Shown here one piece after another: positions 51,451 through 64,000 of a stretch of 64,000 nucleotides of DNA. The first letter of the stretch is position 1. Each line of letters begins with the position of its first letter. Both the position numbers and the translations under genes were made by a program. Source of the stretch: Azolla caroliniana (taxonomy: Eukaryota > Plantae > Polypodiophyta); the NCBI GenBank assembly GCA_043228905.1, contig JBHGNT010000003.1:8060001-8124000 (forward strand), written 5' to 3'. The notes under the pieces were generated by a model. The model saw only the letters and a list, made by a program, of their open reading frames with translations. It was not told the origin of the DNA and made no database searches.

Positions 51451-51890
51451 GTAACCCATCCATACATGCCATTACAATATACATATACATCAGAAGAGGA
51501 AGCCACGATTACAAGCTCTCTAGCAAAAGCCATTACAAGGAAATCTGTTTCCTGATAACCCATCCATACATGCCATTACAATATACATATATATCAGAAG
51601 AGGAAGCCACGATTACAAGCTCTCTAGCAAAAGCCATTACAAGGAAATCTGTTTCCTGATAACTCATCCATATATGCCATTACAATATACATATACATCA
51701 GAAGAGGAAGCCACGATTACAAGCTCTCTATCAAAAAGCCAGATTTTTAAGAAAGAAAAGGGGAATTACTCGTCAGATACATCCATACATGCCATTACAG
51801 TATATACATCACAAGAGGAAGCCAGATTACAAGTTCTCTATCAAAAGCCAGATTTTTAAGAAAGAAATGGGGAATTACTCGTCAGATCGT
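51451..51890. repeat. Tandem ~105-115-bp repeat, about 4 copies
   Basis: CATCCATA(C/T)ATGCCATTACA...AGAGGAAGCCA..GATTACAAG at ~51457, 51561, 51666 and 51780. Confidence 0.85.
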
Positions 51891-53835
51891 GGGGTCGCTC
51901 ATCCAGCCTTTACCTTCTCCATTTCGATCGGTGCAATTTTGCAAAAGAAAAAGGAATCATTACTAAACAAACAAAAAAAAGGGGGAATTACTCGTCAGAT
52001 CGCTCATCTGCCTTCACTGCAGGTGGGAATTATTCACGCTGCAGGACGGTCATCAACAGCCTCTTCTTCTTCCTCTGATTGGGAGGAGGAAGGAGAGATT
52101 TGAGTGTATTCGCGCTCTGGCAGATGGAGCACATACTTCATCTTCCGAGTAGTGCAGGCATTTGTCTGAGCAGAGAATTGCTCACACAAGAGGTACGAAC
52201 TATAGAACAGATCCTGTTCAAGTATAGTCGTGATAGAATAGCTCTACTCATGGCTTATATAAAAGCTTCAGTTTTATGAATGCCTTTCTATGTGGGACAT
52301 TAAAGCCATAGTAAAATCTTCAATGTAGAAGATAGACACAACGTAAGCTTCAATGGACGTTCTGTTCTCTCTCTAAGACTTATTCTCTTCTCTATAACGC
52401 TTTTCACTCCAAGACACTTTTTACAATGTTAGGCTTGAGCTTATATACTCAAGCCCTAACTAGAGTCAATGTGTCTAAACTAAGGATACAAAGTGGAAGG
52501 AGTTGGCCTTTTATGCCAACAGAGATAAAAAAAAAGAGCTCAAACACCACATGTATCCAAGGAAAACCCTTGATTGAGGAATTCATGTGTTCGAGGACAA
52601 TTTCTTTGAACACCACATGACATTAGAGGAAAACCCTCGTTTGAGGAAAGTCTTGGATCGGGGAATTCCCTCATTCAAGGAGAAACGATTGAGGGCCTTC
52701 TTCGTGGTTGTTGCAACATATACTATAGTCGTCGCCTTTGCAATCACTGCCAACATCACCTGTTGTCTACTACCGAAAACACTTCGGGACTTGTCTTCCC
52801 AAACTAACCCTCCATACCAATCAAATACATGCACTATACCTAGTATACGCATATATTATACATACATACATATACACATGGATACATACATCCACTTACA
52901 CACACACATTCTCACATATTTACATACATACATATAAATAAATATAAGAAATTGATATATAAGAACATATACTCTCATCACTCACATACATGAAAAATCC
53001 CGTCTATACAAGTATAGTAAGAGAAAGGTTAACTTAATTTCCCAAAAGAAACCGAGTGTCGGCATCAACAACTCAACCAATCCCATCCTCTCTCGTTAAA
53101 GTACATGATGGTCCTGCTCATGTTTAACATGCACATGTAATTTCACAAGAATGTAATCACCTAAACATACATACACACCCATTCATACATATATGCATGC
53201 ACATTGTCATATATATATATATATATGCACACATATATACTTAATGACGTAGGCCTACATGCACAAGCACATATACACACTTCATTTATACATAGATGCC
53301 CGTAGGTTGCAAGCAAGGATTCCCAAGTACAATAGACCTTGGTATGATTCCTTGAACTGGTATTATGCAAATGGAATCCTACCCAAGATGGCCCGTCATT
53401 CGGAGGATAGAGTAGTGAACTCCATCTTGTGGGCATGGTGTCACATGGGACAACATTTGGTTAGGCACAACCCGGAGACACTAACCGAATGGACTCAACA
53501 TCCATTATTTTGGAATCCACAAGTACGAGCAACCAATGAAATAAATCTGGCACTGACAGAGCTCCATTTTATAGGCGATTGGACATTGTAGTTTTAACGA
53601 CGAAGGCTTGCACTATCCAGTTTTTCATGGCCTTTTTGTAGAAACTGTGATCGTTTTTGTAAGTTCTAGAAACAAAGGCGAACTACCAAAGAAACTAAAA
53701 TTTAGAGCTAAATATACCTTTCTTTAATGCAAATAATGTAGCACATGTTAATATTACATGTTTTGCTCAAAAATGTTGAGAATTTCATCATGATAACTCA
53801 AGATAACAAACTGTCGAAATTAATTATGATGTTTC

Positions 53836-56800
53836 TGTTGAGAATTGATCTAGCCACAACCAGTTAGCACATATGTGTATGTGGGTGCAAAGATCGAGAT
53901 GACATAAAACAAACAAGACAAAAGACACAAGTACAGAGACGCACTATTTAACGTGGAAAACCCGAAAAAGGGAAAAACCACGTGGAGTCAACAAACTCCG
54001 AACATAATCACTTTGATGGGAGGAGTACAACAAGAAGCTTCAAGGCAATGACCTTGAGCTCTTCTTCGCCACAGATTGTTACAGAAATACCTCTGGTGAC
54101 GATGTTATCACGTCAACTCCAAAGCAAATCGACAGTACCACATGACATTATTAGAGCAGAGTTCAGCCTGCCTTGGATGTTAGTAGAAGCACTTTTTCAA
54201 GTGGTAGTTTTTATTCATCGGATACATAGCCAACCACAAGATAGGATATCCCGTTGAGCCTTTGAGGCATCCCGATCCCTACATGCGTCTGGAGACACTA
54301 GCTCTTGGTATAATACTGTGGTGAGTTGGTTACTTGCAAACGACATAGACATTAATAACCTACCTCCCCTTAAGTACAACCATGGGACTGATCAAACTCT
54401 AATATCTCATGAAGACTGTAATAAAGTGATACGCCAATAAATATGGAAAATTTACACTCGATATAAATGGATCACCCCATGAGAGCCACTCCCATCTAAA
54501 ATGTTGTATTATAAGGAACACTTCTTGCACTTCTCTCAGTTAGGTTTTATTACACGACCAAGATATCTAGATACATTCTTATCAAATGCACTAAGGGTGG
54601 TCATTGGACAACTTAGGATATCATCTCACCAACTTGAGATTGAGACTGGTCGGGCTAATAGAGTCCCTAGAGAGGAAAGGCTATGTAGGTTGTGCCACAT
54701 AGAGATAGAGGATGAGTATCACTTCACATGCAAGTGCCCAACTTATGTCGAGATATGGGCGGAATACCCAGACATATTAGGACCCTTTCCCACCTTCTCC
54801 AAACTATTAGATACCCCGGATATAAAGAGACTAGGTAGGTATATCTTAGAGCTAAAACAACATAGGGAGAATAAATTACAAAGTGTTAACCATAACCCTT
54901 TTACTATTCATCAACTTGTAACTAGTGTAATTTTTCAAGAACAAGGGGAGACGATGAATGTGGATACACTTACGCCGCTCGGCCTCTCTCTTGAGGAAGC
55001 CGAAATGCAAAGAACAACCAAACGCATTCAGATGTTGGGCTTCAAAACAAGTCGACACAGAGTAGAAAAGATTAAGAAGATAAGGGAACGTGAGCTATGT
55101 TGACTAGAAGCTATGGTTGGGGTACCTTTTACATTGGGACCACGAGCCACATCCACATTGAAACCCTTTGACCTCCCGCTTCTCTTCGAGAGACTTGGAT
55201 GGAAATGAAATTAGGCCTAGTATAACATCATTTTCATTGTAGAAGATGTTTTTTATATAGAACATGTTTGTTATTTTACTAGAACTATTTAGCTTAAAAC
55301 TTTATTTTTATTTTTATTTTTTACTTTCGATGAATGGGTAAATATCCCATTTTTTGTTGTAAACCATTTGTCTCATGGACCAAATTTGGCCTTAGACGAC
55401 GTTAATATATCTTTCTTTCTCACTCTCTCACCACTCTAGTTACAGAGACAACTACCAACTATAACTTTTCTACCACAACAATAATGATCAACTACTTAAT
55501 GATTGCCTTAGGTGTATTTATACCAATACAACATTCAGGGCTATTTACAAATATAGCCCACAATGGCATATTTACTCTATTTACAGATATAGCCCTAAGT
55601 ATTAGCCGAATCAATTCGGATTCGATTATTCTGCCATGACTGAATCAAACAATCGGTTTGATTTTTCGGCCTCGACCGAGTTGCTTTTAACCGATTTGGT
55701 TCTTTCTTCAACTCGTGCTCCTCTTCCCATCCGGAGGGACCTATTACCTAACAAACTCCCCCTTCACTACGGCATGGGGTACTTCATTAGTTCGACCCTT
55801 TATTGGCCTGCATTCGGCTTTTCGGCCGACAACACCTTCTTTAACATGTCTGACCTATTCTCCGTTGTGTGCACTTTCACTAGAGCAAACTCCTCTTCTA
55901 CCTGATCCCAAAGACAATCGTATCTCCTTTGGATATTCTTGGTCCTCGAGTGGTAGGTGGCATTCTTTGCAAGGTGGATGGCACTTTGGTTGTCGTAGTA
56001 GAGTCAGAATTCTTCTTGCCGAATTCCCAGCTCTCCGATAAACTCCTTCATCCATATGATTTCCTTGACGGCTTCCGTTGCGGCCAGATACTCGACTTTC
56101 GTGGTTGACAATGCCGCGGCCTTCCGCAGCCTCAATTGCCACGAGACGACTCCCCCTGCATAAGTCATTACGTATCTGGACGTGGATCGGCTAGTATATG
56201 CAACAACCGACATGTCCGAATCAGTATAACCTTCCAATATGGGGTTACGTGAGTCAAATCAGTGGCACACGCTCGAGGTGCCTTTCAGGTACCGAAGTAT
56301 CCATTTCACTGCAACCCAATGCTCTTTCCCGGGATTACTTATAAATCGATTGACCACTCCCGCCAGCATATGCAATGTCCGGCCAGGTGGAAACCCTTGC
56401 ATACATCAAGCTTCCGACTGTTGAGGCGTACGGGGTCATGTTCATCTATGCATTCTTCGCTTTCTTCTTCGGGCATTGACTCCCGGACAACTTGCTATTT
56501 GTCGGCAGTGTTGAGCCGACCAATTTCGCATTCTGCATGTTGAATCTCTGGAGCACCTTTGTCACATATTTCTCCTGTGACAGCCACAACAATCTTTTTG
56601 TCATGTCTCGGACAATGTGCATTCCCAGTATCTGCTTTGCCGGACCCATATCCTTCATCACAAACGACTTGCTCAAGGCCTTCTTCAAACTTCCGATTTT
56701 CTTTGTGTCCTGTCCGACAATTAGCATGTCATCAACATACAACGAGAGGATGAGAAGACACAATGGTCGGCTTATGTCTTGTTGAAGCCGTGATCCACCA

Positions 56801-57210
56801 TGAAGGATTCAAACTTTTGGTACCATTGTCGGGGAGCTTGATTCAGTCCGTACAAGCTCTTCCTCAGTCGGCATACCAAGTTCTCCTTTCCTTTCTCCAC
56901 GAATCTCTCTGGCTGTTGCATGTAGACTCTTCCTCTAGATCTCCATGTAGAAATGCAGTCTTGATGTCTAACTGCTCTACTTCCAAGTCCATGCGCTGCT
57001 ATGTTCAACACCGTCTTTATCAACGTCATCTTTACTACCGGGGTAAATATTTCGTCGAAATCCACACCATTCTTCTATTGAAAGCCTTTTACAACAATTC
57101 AAGCTTTGTATTTGGGTGGATTTCTGCCATCTCCCGATTTCAACTTGTATAACCCACTTGTTCCGAAGTGCCTTCTTTCCCTTCGGCAATTCAGTCAATT
57201 CGTATGTGTG
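53836..57210 (-). mobile_element. Degenerate Ty1/copia 3' part: RT/RNase H fragments, PPT, 3' LTR 55753-53836 (interrupted by a LINE)
   Basis: LYVDDMLI, KSLYGLNQAPRQWY and GYTDSD..SW..ALSTT motifs. Minus-strand GGGGGAGTT precedes TGTTAGG. Confidence 0.85.
54090..55420 (+). mobile_element. LINE 3' fragment inserted in the copia LTR
   Basis: ORF 54501-55103 contains LRISSHQLEIETGR..RLCRLCHIEIEDEYHFTCKCP. Boundaries are approximate. Confidence 0.85.
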
Positions 57211-57424
57211 GTTCGCAAGTCGTTTGTGATGAAGGATATGGGTCTGGCAAAGCAGATACTGGGAATGCACATTGTCCGAGACATGACAAAAAGATTGTTG
57301 TGGTTGTCACAGGAGAAATATGTGACAAAGGTGCTCCAGAGATTCAACATGCAGAATGCGAAATTGGTCGGCTTGACACTACTGACAAATAGCAAGTTGT
57401 CCGGGAGTCAATGCCCGAAGAAGA

Positions 57425-58720
57425 ACCAGAACGGATGGAGCTGACTCGGCAGCACTCTGAGGCAACAAAACACACTAGAATGGCTCTGAACAAAGTTTAG
57501 ACGACCTATCAGACATAGCTCGTGCACTACAGAAGCCAAGAAGCGGCAACCGCGAGCCTTATCAAACAATTGAAAGACGAAAAATAGGCCACGGAGAATA
57601 AGTCGAAGATGCGGCTGGGGTGAATCCATGAGCTGGTGCTGACATGGAGAAACCGGACGAAGAGACTGGTGGAAGAGAGTTCGGTTCAATGGTGGTCTAA
57701 ATGGGCTCAGCAGGCAGTGGAGTTACAATTGTTGAAAGTGAATGTGGAGAACTGGAGGAATAATGGCGATGATTTCTATAAACTGGACGAGGAGAACATT
57801 GTAGCCATTAGGGAGGAATTGCGAGACGACTTCCTATCGTTAGCCGGGGAACAATTGGTAGCGGTGAGGCGATTGGTGGAACAGCTGGACGACGACCAGC
57901 TGGATACACAACTCCAGTTCGAGTGATATGAACTAGAACAACGACAACAAGAGGTGGCCAGAAGAACTGCGGCGATCAATATCAGTGACGAAGAGCAATC
58001 TTCGGAGCAAGCGCCCAATGAAGTCGGAATCGGGGGAAGCCAGCCGAACAAAACTCTAGAGGAGCAGCCGAAGGGTGAAAACCTGCACACCGGAAACCAT
58101 CAGCGGGAGGAGCCCAAACCAACAGAACCAGAACCGGAAGCCTCGAGACCAGTGGAACCGGAGAAACCAGAACAACAGGACCAGGAGCAGCAACAACAGT
58201 AGTAGACGACGGAGCAGCTACCTGATGGGCATTTAGAACACTTGGACTAGAGCATTCTAGACATTCTAGAGGAAGATTGAAGGGCGAACCGTGGGATTCA
58301 ACATACAAGGTACTGTCCCACGGGCGTGCCATGTGTTGAGCGGCAAAGACTTAAAAGTCGGATAAAGTCCAGAATGTGAAAGGGATAATTATTTTAGAAC
58401 CAGGAGTTGTTATCTATAATTACTATATTTTGAGAAGCGAACGGACAGAGCCGAAATTGGTATGCCGATCCGGATCCGGACCGATTCGTGGCCGGTTGCC
58501 GGTTGGCACCGGTTCATACCCAGAGCCGGTGACCTATAAAAGGACCCAGTTAGATTGTAATCAGATAGCGGTTTATTAATGAAAGTGTTGTTGTTATACA
58601 TCTTGTTTAATCTTTGAAGGTTTAGTTAATTACCGTTTTGTGCTTAATAGAATCTATCTTACTCTGTGTGCTTCCTCTCAAGTTCCCAAGTTTACTTCTT
58701 CTAGCTAGGACGCATTCACC
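57425..58720 (+). mobile_element. 3' end of a second, diverged member of the 27109-34713 group: ORF2 remnant, tRNA-Arg 3'-end sequence (58308-58331), LTR from 58334
   Basis: ORF 57636-57926 resembles the ORF2 C-terminus. It is followed by AGGTACTGTCCCAC-GGGCGTGCCA-TG-TGTTGAG, and the LTR contains CCTATAAAAGG. Confidence 0.8.
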
Positions 58721-58722
58721 CT

Positions 58723-59967
58723 TTAAGATACCGCCATTTCCCATTCCAAGGCCTCCTGTGCTTGACATAGTTCTCTGACGGCATCTCTATATGGTTCCTC
58801 CCAGGCCTCTTTTGGTTGTGCAATATATGGAGAGACTACGTCGTCTACATCTATTTCGAACAAGGGTACGATTTTTGGATTATCCTCGAGATATTGATCG
58901 ATTACCTCATTGGTGAGCCCTTCCAGCATATTAACGCTTTCAGCGTATAACGGTGTTAGCTCTTTGCCGGTTCCGGTTTGTGGATGTGTCGGTACCCGTA
59001 CTTTGGTGTTGCCTCAATGGAACGTAATCACGTTCTTTCGCTAGTTTTGCTTAATGTGCACCGTCCTCAACCATGGTTGTCCAAGCAATAGTGGGTAAGC
59101 CCCTTGGGTATTTAACTAGAGAACCACCGCAGAAATGCGGAATGCATGTCCTCCAATTGTTACCTCCAGATCTCATATTAAACTGGTGGGTCTTACCGAA
59201 CTCGTATCTGCCATTCGGAGCCAAAATTGGCAAGGCTCCCACTCCTGGATTCCCAGGGTGTCACAAGTACGGAGGTTGATTACATTAACGCTCGATCCTC
59301 CGTCGACGATCGTCCCTGGTAACTCGCGTCCTTTGACAATGGCAGTGATTGCCAGACTGCTTGTGTCCACCACCGCCGACCCTTCCTTTGGGTTGGAAAA
59401 GAAAGTCGGAGCCGGCGACGAGTCTGGTGGTGTTATTGCCAATTTCAGCCCATCCGTGAACCGGGGTACTAATTGTAGTAGCCGGCCTAATGGCAACGTC
59501 ATTTGACATTGCTGTAACGCCTGCCATGTTGAGTTTTCTCACTGTATTGTGTCGGTGAGCTCTACCGGTGCCTCCTTTTGTTGTTTGACTTCAGCCACAT
59601 TCCGCTCATTTGCCTTCTCTACCCATTCGATGGCCTGTTTCCGGATAGCTTCTTGTGTTTCCCACTTCGTCGTCTTTTCCTTTTGACCTAGTGGTGACTT
59701 GCTGTATATCTACGACCTCTGCTACCACCATATTGACTGCCGGTCGTTTTTCGTTACTTTTCACTGGGCATTGGTTGTTGTAATGGCCTTCCTGCCGGCA
59801 ATAATAACAATACACTTTCCGGGTATTCGTGGATTCTGCTTTTGGCCCAGTACTTGGTTGAAATCCTGTTGTCGGTCGATTAGGTTCTTCCATTTGTCTT
59901 TGTTCTGGCTGGGTGCCACTCAAGCCTCTCTCCAGCTCTCGTGGGTATTCCTTCACCGGTTCTCGAT
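58723..59967 (-). mobile_element. Ty3/gypsy gag C-terminus, protease and pol-start fragment (same group)
   Basis: Zinc knuckle CYYCRQEGHYNNQC, protease IVDGGSSVNVI, and MLEGL..YLEDNPKIVPLFEID matching the N-terminus of the 30756-34094 pol. Confidence 0.85.
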
Positions 59968-60007
59968 TGTAAACGTAAGTGTTTGTGGAAGCGTAAAACA
60001 GAGAACA

Positions 60008-60054
<47 letters not shown>

Positions 60055-63000
60055 AGAACACAATTTCAAAATTATATCAAGACTCCTTCTTTACACACTG
60101 TGCTAAGTAGCACTATTTATACAAGTCCTCTTGGGACTGACAGAAGTACCATGTACTTCAATGCTCACACGAGCATCTGACACTTACTACGAGACTATAG
60201 ATACCTAGTAGTCTATCCTATTCTAGGCTTCCGATTGGACTGCCGGTTATGGATTGCACCCGGCCTCCACTGCTTGCCGGTTCGGTTGCTCACCGTCATA
60301 CCGATCCGTTTCGCCCGATCCGTCTCGCTTACCGGCTCCGGCTTATTCAGCCGATCCGGCTCCGGTTGAGCTTGCCGCTCAACACTCCCCCTCAAGCTCA
60401 ACCTGAGGTGGGGTCATGGTGTCAACCTCTGTGGCAGTCGGTTCTTTCAACCGACTTCTCCTGGTGTCTCTCCGCCTTGCTCGCGCTCCTCATCCGGTCC
60501 GGTCCCGTTTGCTGCGACCCCTTTGGTTCTGCGCGCCTCGACCCTCTCGGTCGGCATGTTTGCTCAATAGGCCCATCTCAGCAGTCACGTTGTTGTGACT
60601 CCGGCGCTTGCCGATCCATTGGTTTTCCCACGATGGCATCGACATCCGCTGTGTCCGTGTCCCCTTGGCCTTCAGTCGATCCGACTCATCCGGGTCCATT
60701 TGTTGATCCGAGTCAGCTGTCTCCGACTCGTTCCAGCTCTTGTCCGAATCGGTACACTCCGATTCGACTTCCGGCTTCAGGCCTCTCACCACATCGGACC
60801 ACTTCCGAGTCTTGGCCTTCTCCATGCTTCCCTCGGCTTCTTCAGCCGGTGAACCGAAATCGAATTCTCCATTCAACTCCGCATCATGGTCAGTACCGTC
60901 ATGATGACCTCCACACAACATGCACTTCTCTTCCTGAGTGCACAACTCTTCTTCACGGCCGCTTGCTCCGACCTGTTCGGATGTGTCGACTTCCTTCGTC
61001 GACTCGGCTTCCTTCATCTTCTTGTCTCCTCTTCTTCCGGCTCTCCTCTTACCGACGGGTTCAACAGTTTTTTTGCCTTTGCCAGTTTCGGTAGAGACTT
61101 TGCCCTTGCTTCTCCCCCTCAAGTGCGGCACGTCGAGATGCTGAATACCAAGCATGTCGGTAAAGTGCTGCAACTTGTCCGATCCGAACGGCTTGGTGAA
61201 GATGTCGGCAACTTGCCGATCCGTATGAACATACCATAGGTCAACTTCACCGCTTAGGACCCGCTCACGCACGAAGTGGTAGTGCACCTCAATGTGCTTT
61301 GTGCGAGCATGGAACACAGGGTTCCTGGCGAGCTGCAGGCTGCTCATGTTATCGTAGTAAATCGGGATCGGGGTCGGCACCTCGATCCGCAAGTCTCGCA
61401 GCAGTCGCCGAAGCCAGATGGCTTCACAAGTGGCAACGGTAGCGGCCCGGTACTCAGCCTCAGTGCTTGACAAAGCCACTGTGGGCTGCTTCTTGCTGCT
61501 CCACGCAACGGCCGCGCTACCTATGGAGAACATGTATCTGGAAGTGGAGCGACGATTAGACGCATCGCCGGCCCAGTCAGCATCGGTGTAACCGACAAGC
61601 TCTTCGGGTATACCTCGCCGGTATAACAGTCCCCGGTCCTTAGTGCCGCTGACATACCGTAATATGCGTTGTGCGCACTGAAGGTGCTCCACGGTCGGCT
61701 TCTGCATGAACTGACTTACCATGCCGACCGGATAGCTGATGTCGGGTTGGGTGATGGTTAAGTAGATCAGGCTTCCGACAACCTGTCGGAACCGTTTCTC
61801 ATTGCAGCCCGGTTCGGAGTTGGGACGGAGCTTCTGGTTTCGGTCCAGGGGTGTGGAGACAGGTCGGCAATCCGTCATGCCGAACTTATACAACATATTC
61901 AACACGTAATGTCGTTGTGAGAGCAATATGCCGTCGGGGGTCCGGATCACTTCGATCCCAAGAAAATAATGAAGGTCCCCCAGGTCCTTCATTTCGAATG
62001 TGTCCGACAACTGGGACTTGACGCGGTTGATTTCGGGAAGACCCGGTCCGGTGATGACTAAATCATCCACATACAAGAGTATACATACCGGACCGTCAGA
62101 GCCTTGCCGGATGAACAACAAAGAGTCCGACTTGGAGACATCAAACCCCAGCTTACGCAACCGGTGCGTGATCTTCGCGTTCCAAGCTCGGGGGGCTTGC
62201 TTCAAGCCGTAAAGCGACTTCTTCAGTCGGCATACCGCCGACTTGTTCATCTCCGATTGAAATCCGGGGGGCTGAGTCATAAAGACTTCTTCTTCAAGCT
62301 CTCCTTGAAGGAAGGCGTTTTTCACATCCATCTGGTGAAGATGCCACCCCCTTGCCGCAGCAACCGCCAGTACCACACGAACCGTCGTCATCTTCGCCAC
62401 AGGAGCGAAGGTCTCGTTATAGTCGATTTCGTGGGTCTGCGCGTATCCCTTCGCCACTAACCGGGCTTTGTACCGGTTAACAGAACCGTCGGCGTTGTAC
62501 TTGACCTTGTACACCCACTTGCATCCGATCGGTTTACAATGACAGGGAGAATCAACTAGGTCCCAGGTTTCGTTGGCATCGAGTGCCTGCATTTCTTCGT
62601 CCATAGCGGCACGCCAATTTGCGTCCTTTGCCGCTTCTACGTAGCTCTCTGGCTCACACACTTCTGTCACCTTAGTCATGTACGCATAATGATGCGCCAT
62701 GTATTCATTGTACCCGTACCGTATGACGGGATCCTTCTAGCGGGTTGATTGGCGCAACACACCGTCACCTGATTTGAGGCCCTTCTTGGCCAGTTCGGTC
62801 TTCGTTGCCGAAGATCCGCCTTTCTCCTTTCCGGAGTCGGATACGCACCGATCCGACTCATCGTTGCCGGTTTCGAATTCCGGCATCTTCCTCTTGCCTT
62901 TCTCTTTGCGCGTGAACCGTTTCCTCGGTTCCTTGCGCGGGGAGAGCACGGCAGAGTCTCCACCACTTGCCGTCTCTTCATCCGACTGGTCCAACCGACT

Positions 63001-64000
63001 CAGTCGCTCGTTCGGTCCACTCAACTGAAACGATTCCGGACTCTCATCTTGAGTCCCGGCTTCACCATCCTCTGACAGGGCTGATTCAGGCTCACTGGCC
63101 TGATCTTCCGGCATTGGGTCGGGAGCGGAAGTCGGAGTCGGTACGGAGTACCAAGATGCCGATTCATCGAACTCGACATCCCGGCTAACTCGGACTTCCT
63201 TCGTCCGGGGGTTATAGCACTTATACCCCTTTTGCTCTTGAGCATAGCCGACTAGGATGCATTTTTCCGATTTTGCATCCAGCTTTCTCCGCTTCTGATC
63301 CGGCACATGCACATACGCTATGCTGCCGAATATCCAAAGGTGTCTTAAGTTCGGCTTGCGCCCGAAATACAGCTCATGAGCTGACACCTTGTCACCAATG
63401 CGGTTTTGTATGTAGACGACCGTCTGGACCGCCTCCGCCCAGTAGAACCGGGGCATGCTCTTCTCCTCCAGCATTGCTCTTGCCGCTTTGACGAGTGTCC
63501 GGTTCTTCCTTTCGGCCACACCGTTTTGCTCCGGTGTGTATCTGCAGTTGAACTCTCGCCGAATTCCCTTCTGCTGCAGATAACTAGTGAATTGGCCGGA
63601 AAAATATTCCTTTCCGCCATCTGACCGAAGGCATTTGATCTTCCTCTCCGATTCTCGTTCCACCATCTTCTGGAGGCTCCTGAAACAGTCGAAGACTTCG
63701 CTCTTCCACTCAATGAGGTAGATCCAAGTATGTCGAGTATAGTCGTCGATGAAGGAGACGAAGTATCGGCTCCCGCCAAGGCTTACACTTTGTGCCGGTC
63801 CCCACACATCCGAATGGATGAGATCGAGCTTGTTACGGCTCCGGTTCCGTTCGGTGGGGAATGGAAGCCGGTGTTGCTTCCCAAGTTGGCAGGCTTCACA
63901 AATTTCGGTTCTCCGGCCGTTGAACTTCGGCAAACCGAAAACAACTTGTTTCGTTTGCAGGTCTTGAAGCCTCTGGTAGTTGACGTGGCCTATCCGCTTG
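59968..64000 (-). mobile_element. Ty1/copia element (integrase-RT-RNase H, one in-frame TAG at 62737-62739, PPT, 3' LTR ~60384-59968); continues beyond the window
   Basis: IHSDVWGP, RSDGGKEY, YKARLVAKG, QMDVKNAFL, YVDD, YTDADWAG and RTKHIEVHYHFVRE; PPT GAGGGGGAG before TGTTGAGCGG. Confidence 0.95.

Noticed and set aside
52324-52830. Possible solo LTR
   Set aside because: LTR-like composition, but I could not define matching termini or a TSD.

Overview
Repeat-rich eukaryotic DNA from a land plant, probably a non-seed plant (inferred from Tcn1-like chromoviruses and Athila/Phygy-like Ty3 elements). It carries three host genes that I could reconstruct exon by exon: a GH18 class V chitinase (2653-4157 +), exosome subunit RRP4 (7 exons, 11937-17043 -) and a ThDP-dependent 2-hydroxyacyl-CoA lyase/oxalyl-CoA decarboxylase-like gene (3 exons, 45054-49436 +, with a GC-AG first intron). 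Most of the rest is nested Ty3/gypsy, Ty1/copia, LINE and MITE sequence, a ~300-bp satellite, and a disrupted ~380-bp tandem array built on tRNA-Phe(GAA) with one intact gene at 37886-37958. The most striking object is a very young Ty3/gypsy element (27109-34713). It has no polypurine tract. Instead, a 25-bp inverted repeat containing the tRNA-Arg(UCU) 3' end/PBS sits just inside both LTRs, and one copy extends into a ~55-nt tRNA-Arg mimic ending in CCA. Its coding region appears inverted relative to its LTRs, it lacks gag and protease, and it is inserted in the anticodon arm of a tRNA-Phe gene with a 13-bp duplication. A second, diverged family member (57425-58720) has the same tRNA 3'-end sequence in place of the PPT but in the collinear orientation. 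Together they suggest a candidate dual-tRNA-primed, invertible LTR retrotransposon family. Everything here was read by eye; no alignments or database searches were run.
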